A stretch of 64,000 nucleotides of DNA. Source: Dendrobates tinctorius (lineage: Eukaryota). The stretch lies in the NCBI RefSeq assembly GCF_039654945.1, contig NW_027361763.1, positions 28,334,001 to 28,398,000 on the forward strand, read 5' to 3'. The translations under genes were made by a program, and so were the position numbers. This document shows, in pieces, positions 12,808 to 24,182 of this stretch. The first letter of the stretch is position 1, and every line of letters starts with the position of its first letter. The notes below the pieces were generated by a model. It did not search any database and was not told the origin of the DNA. It worked only from the letters and a program-made list of their open reading frames with translations.

Positions 12808-14062
12808 CTACTGATCCACTTCTACCTCATCCTGTCCTTCAATCTTGGTGGAGTGTAGGGCTGGTGGTTCTTCGGGAAGGACTCTAAATTTTGACAGCGT
12901 GGCATTCTTCTGTTCCAGACTTTGCTTTCTCCACTTAATCCTGCGGTTCTGGAACCAGACCTTCACCTGTGAAGAAAGGAGAAGACGTTGTTGAGAACTG
13001 GGATCTGGCAAATATGCGAAACTCTTTAGTTACATCACAGTGACCCAAATTATGAGTGTGACTATATATATAGGAAAATTCCAAAGCAAATGTGTTCAGC
13101 TAAAAAAATACATTGTCAAACCAAAAAGGGCTCAAGTTGAACAACAGTTACAAAGAGCATGTACCGGCTCTTACCTGGGTTTCTGTGAGGCCAAGTGTGG
13201 CAGCCAAGTCCACCCGCTCTGTCCCCACCTTATACTGCCGCTTTAGGAATTCCTTCTCCAGCCTTTCCAGCTGTTCTGGAGTGAAAACTGTCCTAAATCT
13301 CTTCAGCTTGTGGGATCCTGTGTTGCAGGGCAGAGATCCTATTGGGCAGTTGGTGAAGGACGAACAACCTGGAAGAAGCANNNNNNNNNNNNNNNNNNNN
13401 NNNNNNNNNNNNNNNNNNNNNNNNNNNNNNNNNNNNNNNNNNNNNNNNNNNNNNNNNNNNNNNNNNNNNNNNNNNNNNNNNNNNNNNNNNNNNNNNNNNN
13501 NNNNNNNNNNNNNNNNNNNNNNNNNNNNNNNNNNNNNNNNNNNNGTGCGCACACAGCTACAACTTCTACTAGTAAGACAAGATAACTATTCTGATGTGAG
13601 AAATACAAGTCTCAGCATTTCTTATCCTGAAGAACAAAAATCCACATCTCTCCTGATCTAACCAACTTTTTGTAGAGATATTATTAGCGCCAAAAACTAA
13701 TTATATAGAATTAATATAAGATGGAGTGTGGACTCACCTCTGTGGCTGCACAGGTGGTCCGGACATCTGCACCCTCCACTGAAGTGCTGCTGGGGCTGGA
13801 CATAGCCGGGGAAGGCTGCAGGTTGGCAGACCCACACCGGAGAGTAGGACATGGCCCCATAGGTATAGCCATGGGGTGCAGGGGGCATCTGCCAGATGGG
13901 TTCCTGCAAAATAACTCGGGGAGCCCGTCTGTCCTCCCTGGATAATATAGAGTCTATATCAAAGGCGTTCCTTGGTCTTGTCTGGTCCTGAATGGCCACT
14001 GGCAGAGCAGGAGTCTGATCCAAATGGTGGCCAAGCCTTGGGAAGATGGGAGAAGGCTGCAT
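12808..14062 (-). CDS. noto: Not homeobox protein, copy 2; exons 14062-13738, 13368-13175, 12966-12808; HD M26K
   Basis: Same exon sizes and splice sites as copy 1, frame open. Intron 1 contains a 163-N gap. Confidence 0.9.
13381..13543. other. 163-N gap in intron 1 of copy 2, at the position of a (GAAA)n tract in the other copies
   Basis: N run; flanks are colinear with copy 1, where the interval is ~74 nt. Confidence 0.95.
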
Positions 14063-16624
14063 GCTGGCTGGGAGAAGGGAAAGTATCCTCTGGTGATTAG
14101 AAGTACCAGGAGAAGGTGATCTCTGCTGGAGAATGTAGGGTCCTGAGCTCTGAGCCTCCTTATATCCAGATCTGGGCTCTGTGAATTGCAAATACACTAT
14201 TAGCATGCCAATAGCCCAGATCAGAGATCAGCACTGAGAGTGGAGGAGCGGGCTCGGCACACAGACCCCACACTGCCCCCGAGAGGAGAGGAAATGGCCA
14301 TGGGGCAAAGCTTCCTACAACCTCCCCCAGCTGGCCCCAAAATCCAGAGGACACAGGACTCCTGTAATGAATCCATAATTAGCGGGAATCGTGTGATGAG
14401 TGTAACTATATATCCACGTGTCTATATACCGACCTGTGATCCACCCGTCCACGGGGCGCAGGATTCTGTTTTCTGCTCATCTATGTATACAGCTCATATT
14501 TAGCTGGTAGTTATTAATGGATCTCATATTTCAATGATTATCGACTTATCTATGTATCTAACGCTACATCTCACATATTTATTATCGATCATGTTTATCT
14601 GTCTATTTATCTCATAACTTATCTACTTATTTATGTATCGATCTCCTATTTATCTATTGTTCTACACCGGCAGAAATAGAAATAATGGATGGATAGAAAC
14701 TAGATAAAGACGGACTTTATAGGATGTGAGAACAATCTATAGAATGGCTTTAAAAGGCTAATTATTATTATTATTTTTATTATTACCGCCTTTCCCAATC
14801 ATTTCCAGATGACATCAGATAAATTGTATATGATTATCTCCAGATCTCCGGCCCCCGCTATCAGTAGCCGCCTAATATCCTCTGAGGGCAGCGCCCCCGT
14901 ATGTCTCCATATCAGCTGTTCTCGCCGGTCCTGGTAATTACAGAGAATTGCTCTAATGATACATTACACTGAGGAGAGATCCCCAGATCTCAGGAGATCT
15001 CCAGGACCAAAACACCGAGCAAGAGGCACAAAGTCGCTTTCTACCTTGATGAGGCGCGAAATGTGTAATAACCGGACATTAGACAGATCCATAATGATCT
15101 CCTCTCTGCTGCCAGGGTGGGCTCTCCTGGGGACATACCGGGGTCCAGCTCCGAGCCCCTTATATTATGGATTTTTTAGGGACATATTTTCCATTTCTCT
15201 TTATATTCATCTTTTACTTTCTAAATAGATTTCATCATTGAAACATTTTTAGTAAATTGTGAAATATCTTTTTTATTTTGTCATTTTCAAAGTAAAATTT
15301 TTCCTCCTTTCTTCTTCCAGACAATAGATGATTGTACAATGTGACACTTACATTTTATTTCTGTTGTATACATTCAGTAGACGACTTTTAAACAACCAAA
15401 GTTATTCACTGGTTTTATTATTTTTGCTGCAGTTTTACTATTTTTTTTCTTATGACAGAGATCTGATATTTTTTACATTTTTACTTTGACAATGTCTTTA
15501 CACGTATAAGTGACTGGGTTTAATAACAGGTGACTTTGTTTTATTTTTATTCCACTTTTTCCCCTCATTTTCATGTCCTTTCAACTTCTTACACTTATTT
15601 TTGCTTTATTTGTATTATTGATAATTTTTTATAGCAATTCACTAGTTTTGCTTTTTTTTCCAGTGAAGTTTTTTCTTTTCTTTTTTATGTCCTTTCCATT
15701 TAACACATATTTCCTCTCTCTTTGTATCGCTGTCTTCAGTATAATTAATCTCCTGATAACACCAACAAAGGTCAAACTACTCAAATAAAAAACAGCATCA
15801 ATTACATAACAATAAAAATACAAACAATTACAAAACTGCAGTAAAGGGGGTGAGTGTGTACAGCGCCTGAAGTGGTAATTCATGATCTGTATATCTCATT
15901 TCATGTAGCCTAAACATCACGGTATAATATCAATGTGTTCCGTCTTCCATGGAGAGACACAGTAGAAATAGAAGTAATGCGCATACAAAATACAAGTCGT
16001 CAGACCCCTCAGGAGAATCACAAAACATCTCCAGCTTTTATTACCTTTATTTGGGTAGTTTGATCTTAGTTGGCGTTTTCTGTTATTCCTTGAAACTCCC
16101 GCCCATTAGCTGCTGCCCCAGAATTGTTTAATTCTTCTCTTGGTTAGACATTGGGCTGCTCCGACCCCTCATCTCCATACAACGTGTAAGTCTGCATGTG
16201 TAGCCCATTCACTATCTCCATCCATCCCTCACTCCCTCAAGATGGCCGGGCCATCATTGTAAATACACACCTTGGCGCTAAATAAAGATTATTATTATTA
16301 TACAATGAGGTGTGATTGGATAATTAGAGGAGATCTGATTAATCAGTGTCGTCTTCTTCTCCTGGTCGGTGTCTGCTGCTTTCTCACCTCGGCCGATACT
16401 GAGGACAATCTCGGTCACTGTAAGAGATGAAGATGGCGGCAGCTCCGGTGGCTCCAGCCCGACAATCCACATTTGGTGTCCGTTCCTCCATTGTTCTGTG
16501 GGAACCCTTGTGCTCCACATATTGTTCTCAGTTTCTGACATTTTTCTTTCCTCTTATTCCAGTTTTGATCTTTCATAATCTGATTATTCCGATCATGAAA
16601 TCAATTTTTCTTTTCTCTAAGCAT

Positions 16625-16715
16625 CAATCCTCCTATCTCACTGATCCTCCTTATTGCTCACTGATCCTCCTCAGATCTCACCAATCCTCCTCAGATCTCA
16701 CCAGTCCTCCTCAGA
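16625..16715. repeat. 20-bp minisatellite, short degenerate version (~4 copies)
   Basis: Same motif with mismatched units. Confidence 0.8.
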
Positions 16716-17558
16716 TTATCACTTCTGATATTTTGCAATCATTCTATTCTTGTATTAAACCCCATATGAACCGGTAACCAAGTCTTCGGAATTATATGAC
16801 ACTATACTATAAAACTACTTACAAAGGATCGGTGGTAGATGTTGGACATTTTTTCTAATTTCCAGTAAAGATATGGCTTCACGGGAAAAGTGCCAAAATT
16901 GACAGGGTACGCCTTACCTGTGGAATAAATACATACCGTAATGTTGAACTACTTTTGTATACAGTGCTGAGTGCCACCATTTTGGTGTCCTTATTTGCAC
17001 TTTTTATGCATGTTATTTTGTATCGCTTTATGTGCCAATAAAGAGTTTTTATACAAGTTTTTTGAAAAACCGCTCCTATGGACCTCCTTTTTTTTGCTCT
17101 GTGAGCTCTGGAGAGGTTTGTTAGTAGCTAAGTGAATTTCACTTTGCGAACGAATCAATAGGAGTCAGGGTTTTTGTTTATGGCCGGAGTCACACTGGCG
17201 AGGAATACGGGTGCGTGAGAGGCGCAAAAAGCACGCATTAGACACGGACAAATGATTCTCTATGGGGTCCCTCGCACCAGCCGTATATTTCTCATCCGTA
17301 TCCTACGCTCAGTGCCAAATCGCAGCATGCTGCGATTGTCAGCGTACTACGCCCGTAGTACGCCAATGCAAGTCAATGGGTGCGCAAAAAATACGGATTA
17401 CACACGGAACACACGTGTGACCTGCGAGCAATACGCAGGTCTTTTGGCTGGTGACAGGAAATGGGCCAATCCATCATCAGGAAGCCTAGAAATGCAAATG
17501 AGCTCAAAAAGCGTTCCAGACATCCAGGAAGTACGCCTCCACGGAGTACAGCAGCAGC

Positions 17559-19325
17559 ATGGCGTCCACATATATTAATGTTGAGATGCTAATTGTGCTG
17601 GTGCAGGAGCGTCCTGAAATATGGGCCCCACGTGATGCAAATTATGCGAACCGGACAAGAAAGGAGACGCCATGGAGGCGCATCTGTCGCCAGATGTACC
17701 ATGACTTTGGTGACAGACCACGTGATGAGCAGCATAAAATTCGTAAGTGCAACCATAAAAACATCATTAACCTTAGCGCGCGCTAAAAAATGATTCTACA
17801 ATCAGCACCCCCCTTCCTGTGCATGTAATTTTATTAGCCTCATGAGGCCGTTACATTTGGATGTGCCACGTGGCTTCACACAGCCATAATTAGGGGTTAA
17901 GCCACAAGCTCCTCATCCTCATAGCCAATAAAATTAGTTTAAGTGTAGCTAATGAGACCCTGTGTATCAGCCCAATTACATATGCCACCATGGGTAGAAC
18001 GCACACCCCAGAAGGCCCCATGCCTAGACTACTGTTAGAAAATGTGACCTCTCAAATATGTGAATTTGACAATATTTCCTGTCACATTGCAGTGGAAGAT
18101 GTGATGAAACGCTGGCGAAGCATCCGGGACCAGTTCCGCCGGGAACGCCAGCAGCGGTCCAGGAGTGGGGATGCTGGACATGTGAAACGAAAAAATATAT
18201 ACTATGACCGGCTGAACTTCCTCGCCCCAATTCTGGATCTGAGACCGTAAGTACATACCTCACACCACATTACACAAATACATTACACAAATACTTTACA
18301 GGGACAAAAATATTGATGTATTTTTGCCTCTGTTCTATTTCATAACAGAACTCAATCCAACCTTACGGATCGAGGAACGGCCTCAGAGGCAGAGCCCATT
18401 ATAGATCCTGTAGGGGATGAGGTGGCTGGCCCATCTTCTCCCCCTACAAGAAGGATGGCTGAAGATGAGGCATCACAAGACCACACAATGGCTGCCCTAC
18501 ACACCACACCACCAGGACGGTCTGCTGCTGCAACCTCACCCATCCTGGAAGAGCCGGGCAACTTGAGCAGCAGCCCAACTGCCCAGATCAGGTCCTCCCC
18601 ACAGGCTGCTCTAGCATCACGGCGAACAAGAAGAAGGCGCCAGGTCACTATTCAAGAGAGCAGGACCAATGTGGACACAGGGGTGCTCAATTATTTGTCC
18701 AGAGTAACTACAGATGATGGGGAGGAGGCCTATGCACGTAGCCTCACCCTTTATCTCCGTGCCCTTACCCGTGAGGTCAGGCTCCGTATTAGGGGATGTA
18801 TTCAGATCCTGCTTGATGCAAGCACCCCCCCCCAATACCCCATATGAGGTTTTTGAATTTCTGGAGAGGTGGCAGCTCTCACCACGAAATTTAATGCGCA
18901 TGAGACCATCCACACAGATGCTTGCTCAAGCAGGGTCTGAACAGCCCCTAATACGTGGGCCAACACCTCAACCCCTTCCTCCCCCTACCCAACCTTCTAT
19001 TCCGCAGCCACAAATGTCTTCCTCAAGCCAACCCCACCAATATGGCCACTTGTACCCACCCAGTGTTGGAGGCTGGTCCCAACCTGGTTGGGGACGATCT
19101 GGCTATCTTGGTGGGTATGAGCCACGGGCCTACCAGAGCCAACAAGAAGCCCCCCACCATCATCATTACTCTGGCCAGTATCCCCAACAGTCCCAGGAGG
19201 CTGGACAATTCCAGCATCATGGGCAACAGTATGGTCCCACACAGGGCGATGTTGGCCACAATGTCCAGCAGCACCCACAGGCTGTTCTTCCACGTTCCCT
19301 TTCCCCAACATATGAGGATTTATGA
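17559..19325 (+). pseudogene. Harbinger A Myb/SANT-like (MADF) protein with BESS-like motif; exons 17559-17742, 18093-18246, 18349-19325; frameshift in poly-C near 18830
   Basis: LIVLVQERPEIW...W..I...KRWRSIRDQFRRE MADF pattern; GT-AG junctions in phase; DGEEAYARSLTLYLRAL...IQILLD BESS-like segment. Confidence 0.82.
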
Positions 19326-22062
19326 TTCTGATGGTTGGAGATGTCCAGTGAGATGTAACTGGTGCTCCTAATCTAAATGAAAAAAGAGTTGTTCTCCTTC
19401 ACCAACATTTAGAACATAATTTAACATTCACATTTTTAAAATATGTTTTCCAAACATATGAAACAATCCATCATGACAGGCAACGCTACCTCACGCCTTT
19501 CAGACAGATATTACATGTGTGTAGAAAAGAGAATATTTAAATGCGCTATACTGTAAAATGAAAAGGATGAAAATACACTACTCACTTGCTAACGCCTAGG
19601 AAAGGCGTGCTGGCCTTAGTGAAGTAGTCACCTTTTTTGTTAGCAATCTCTAGTCAAAAAATTCTAGGCGACCAGCTTTCAGAATACCACGCTCTCTCTA
19701 TGTCTTAACAAGTGAGTTTTGTATTTTCATCCTTTCCAGTATAGCATGCTTAAATATTGTCTGTTCTACAGACAGGTAATATCTGTGTGAAAGCTGTGAG
19801 GTAGCCTTGCCTGTCATGGTGGAATCTTTCTATGATTGGATAACATTATGAGGAAATGTGAGTGTTATCTTGTTTTCTTTATTTTGGTGATGGAGCTCAC
19901 CTTTTGTTGGCAAATCTAGGTTAATCTAGTCATGCAGCAATGTTGTTTTTGACTAATGTTTGTTGCTGTTTTGTTATGTAATGTTCATTTTAGAACAAGT
20001 TAAGGAAGGCACAAAGGGTCATTTTGGCCATTGCCAAATTTGTCTTATGGCAAAATTATGTTTGCCTTTAAGCGAAAAAAAAAAAAAAAGGCAAAACTAA
20101 AAATTTGTCTACTCTAGTTAACGTCTGTGATTTTTCACAATCCCTCACAACATACTAACAGACACCAACCAATGCAATGAAACACTCAAAGAATCATAAA
20201 GGCTTGAGTAATATATATTTTGACACACTTAAAGCAACAAATTCTAACATAGACACAGCATGCTCTCGCCAAGAAGTTGCCCCCTCAGATGAGAAAGTAA
20301 TTAGTGAAGATATCACGCACTTTTAGGCCAGAGAGCGGTCTACGTTGAGGGTTCATAGGTGGTCTCACCCTGCACACATTGTCCGGCCTACGCACAACAC
20401 CATCAGAGGAGGAGCAATCATGTATCCTCGTGAAGTTATGCAGAACAACACAGGCTTTCACAACTTCATTCACATATTGCTCACTCAACTGAATGGCAGA
20501 CTGGAGTACCCACCATTTGGCACAAAGAATCCCAAAGGAACACTCCACCAGTCGCCTAGCACGTGATAGGTGCAAGTTAAAAATTCTGCGCCTGTGGTCA
20601 AGGTTGCGCTGGGGATATGGCCTCATGAAATTGCGCGATAACTGAAAGGCCTCATCTGCCACAAGGACATAAGGGACTGATTGTTCGGGGGAGCCTGGTA
20701 GCTGTCGTGGTGATGGTAGATCCAACTGGTTTGTGCATAGCCGCCGAGCCATTACGGAAGTATTGAAGACTCTAGAGTCTCCCGTCCTTCCATAGGCCCC
20801 AATGTCAACAATAGAGTTGAGCGACTTTTGGTTTTTTAGGGTCGCGTTTCGTTTCGTGAAACCCGACTTTTCCAAAAGTCGGGTCGAGCAAGATCGTCCG
20901 ATTATAGGGAAAAGTCGGGGTCGTCCCGAAACACGAAACCCAATGTAAGTCAATGGGGAATAAAAGTCGGCAGTGAGAGGAGGACAGGAAACACACCAAC
21001 AGTGCCCATTTGAATGCCAAAAGCATCAATTCTTCTTACTTAAGCTTGTCAACCTTAATTAACTTCATAATACAAGTTACGCACTGAAAAATGGGGGTTA
21101 TTTGGCTACAGTTGTGGGGGGGGGGGGAGGGCTGGCTCCAGGTTTTCATGTGCCCTGGGCGAAAGAGCGCCCCTTTAACACATACCACAACTCATCATGC
21201 TCCGATACGGCAGAGAAATAGCGGTATAGTACAATGAAAAATACTTCACTTTTTACATCTCATGACGAGGCCCATCTATTTCTCCATACAGAATCATTGG
21301 TCCCATATAATGTTTGAAACAGTATATGATGAGCTCCACATAATGCTACAGTATATGTTGGTCCCCATGGATGAAGCTCCACTGTCTTATGGGCCCAAAT
21401 AATGCTCCAAACATAATGGGCCCCATTTCTAATTCTCTAGTGTATAATGGGCCCTTTAAATGCTGCTCCAGTGTCTGATGTCCACCTTTGGAATGTTCCA
21501 GTGTATGGTGGGCCCCATCTATCATTCTCCAGAGTATAGTGCTCCCCAAAAATTGCTGTCCCAACATTGAAAACCATGAAATAAGTCTCCTCGCTATGGA
21601 ATCCATGTACTAGTCTGGACTCCTCGTTGTCCCCATCTTCCATCTCACTGCACAGTATTTCAACCTTGCAAGTGCTGTGATCCTGAGCAAGCAGGGGGGG
21701 CCCACTCGTTGGCGACAGCACTGGCACAGGGCCCCTGATAGTACGGTGGTGTGTCTGACGGTGGGTGGGCCAAACCTGCACTTTCATCTGCAGCTTCCTC
21801 TTTGTCACCGTGTAAGATGGAACTGTGTATGGGAAGGGTAACCTGAGTTTCATCAGGGTCAGATTCAGGCCTTGTAGCGTGCGAGGGGAATGTAGTGGTC
21901 TGGGTCAATGTACCAGCAGATTCATCGAGCAGTGGCTGAGCATCAGTGCACTTGTGTCGCCCCCAGGAGTACGATCGCCACAGTGGCATTACCTTCCTCC
22001 TAGGGAGTGTGATGTCATGCTTGGGAGCAACGAACGATCTCTCTAGCAGGTTTAACTGATTG

Positions 22063-22530
22063 GGCGGCGTTATTCCCACGAGTCATGACCCTCCAAACAG
22101 CGTTCATGAAGGCAAAGTGTTTGTTTTACGTGGGCAGTATGGTTGCAAAGCTGAACCTTAAAGGAATGTCCAGAAGGGCACCACCAGGAGTGGAGCCTAC
22201 GGTTAAATTCGACTCCACCTGGGAAACCTCAAACATGCCAGCTACAGAACAGATGCACACATTGCAAGCTTAATTCCGTTAACGAACGAGACTCCGTTAT
22301 GCCCCGCGGTCCGAGTCCGGCTTACTAGAGGGACACGTGAGGCTCTGGAACATGAGATTGGCCAATAACTGGTGTGTCATGCCCTTACATGTCCGTGGCT
22401 GCATGTGCGCTACACTGAAAAGGCCAGCGTTTGTCGCTTACAGGTGCAGATAACCCGCTGAACAACGTTAGTGATGGGGATCACTGATTACATTACCCGC
22501 GAACAATGATTTCCCAGTAAGTGCAGGTCA
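22063..22530 (+). pseudogene. Degenerate, internally deleted 18S rRNA segment carried within the hAT element
   Basis: Colinear blocks recognisable as eukaryotic SSU rRNA: GGCGGCGTTATTCCCA; AGTATGGTTGCAAAGCTGAA; GAAGGGCACCACCAGGAGTGGAGCCT; TAATTCCG.TAACGAACGAGACTC; ATGCCCTTA.ATGTCCG.GGCTGCA; GCGCTACACTGA; TTCCCAGTAAGTGC.GGTCA. Confidence 0.88.
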
Positions 22531-22639
22531 ACCGCAGTTCCGGAATTAGGCCTAACCGTCATTCCTGAAAAAATGAAAAACTTACGTGTGCAAACCACAG
22601 GTGCTGTAGCTTGCTTAACAGCTCGCCAGCCGTTCTCAC

Positions 22640-23760
22640 GCCCAGTATGGATTACACGTGATTGCACAAAGGTTAGAAAGGGTACCGTATCCCCAGATAA
22701 CATGTATGGATAGAGTACACATTCAAAATATGTCTCAGGAGGCAGGCTCAGACGGTGTTAGGCCCAGTATGGATTGCACCAAGGTTAGAAAGGGTACCGT
22801 ATCCCCAGATAACATGTATGGATAGCGTACACATTCAAAATATATGTCTCAGGAGGCAGGCTCAGACGGTGTTAGGCCCAGTATGGATTGCACGTGATTG
22901 CACAAAGGTTAGAAAGGGTACCGTTTCCCCGGATAACATGTATGGATAGCGTACACATTCAAAATATATGTCTCAGGAGGCAGGCTCAGATGGTGTTAGG
23001 CCCAGTATGGATTGCACGTGATTGCACAAAGGTTAGAAAGGGTACCGTTTCCCCGGATAACATGTATGGATAGCGTATACATTCAAAATATATGTCTCAG
23101 GAGGCAGGCTCAGACGGTGTTAGGCCCAGTAAGGGTTGCACGTGATTGCACAAATGTTAGAAAGGGTACCGTTTCCCCGGATAACATGTATGGATAGCGT
23201 ACACATTCAAAATATATGTCTCAGGAGGCAGGCTCAGACGGTGTTAGGCCCAGTATGGATTGCACGTGATTGCACAAATGTTAGAAAGGGTACCGTTTCC
23301 CCGGATAACATGTATGGATAGCGTACACATTCAAAATATATGTCTCAGGAGGCAGGCTCAGACGGTGTTAGGCCCAGTATGGATTGCACGTGATTGCACA
23401 AAGGTTAGAAAGGGTACCGTATCCCCAGATAACATGTATGGATAGCGTACACATTCAAAATATATGTCTCAGGAGGCAGGCTCAGACGGTGTTAGGCCCA
23501 GTATGGATTGCGCGTGATTGCACAAAGGTTAGAAAGGGTACCGTTTCCCCGGATAACATGTATGGATAGCGTACACATTCAAAATAAATGTCTCAGGAGG
23601 CAGGCTCAGACGGTGTTAGGCACAGTATGGATTGCACGTGATTGCACAAAGGTTAGAAAGGGTACCGTATCCCCGGATAACATGTATGGATAGCGTACAC
23701 ATTCAAAATATATGTCTATACATCAGGAGGCAGGCTCAGACGGCGTCAGGCACAGTATGG
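22640..23760. repeat. 124-bp tandem repeat, ~9 copies, 3' of the hAT transposase
   Basis: ORF starts at 22888, 23012, 23136... give the 124-nt period. Confidence 0.95.
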
Positions 23761-24182
23761 ATTTGACGGCCCAGATTACACAGCGGAGGAGCAGGGTGAG
23801 GTAAAGATTGCAAATGCTGGGGCCCTGCCCAAGCAAGGGGGGCCCACTCGTGGGCGTCGGTACTGGCACTGGGCCCCTCATAGTACAGCGGTGTGTCTGA
23901 CGGCGGGTGTGCACCACCACCGTCAGAGACACTTGATTGCACTATGAGGGACCCTGTGCCAGTGCCCGCGCCCAAGAGTCAGCCTACCCACCTGTCCAGG
24001 GCAACGGCACTCGCACGGTGTCGTGCGCTAGGTGGTGACCCCGGCCATGGGGGGGGAGGCAGCACAGTTAGGGAGTTTTAGAAAGTGGCATATGTTGATG
24101 TTGGACATTCAGCTGATGCAAAAGGCGAAATAGGTGAAGTCCCAGGAAGAGGTGGACCAAAGCAAGCCATTTTTCTGTCACC

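Noticed and set aside
21953-22050. Possible LTR 5' fragment (TGTGTCGCCCC...) next to the 18S segment
   Set aside because: Too short, with no second LTR, PBS or TSD; cannot be supported without a library search.
22063-22530. Functional 18S rRNA gene
   Set aside because: Partial, deleted, substituted at conserved positions, and without ITS, 5.8S or 28S context.
22640-23760. Regular repeats as a CRISPR array, or the repeated 61-aa ORFs as genes
   Set aside because: Contiguous 124-bp units with no unique spacers, inside a eukaryotic transposon.
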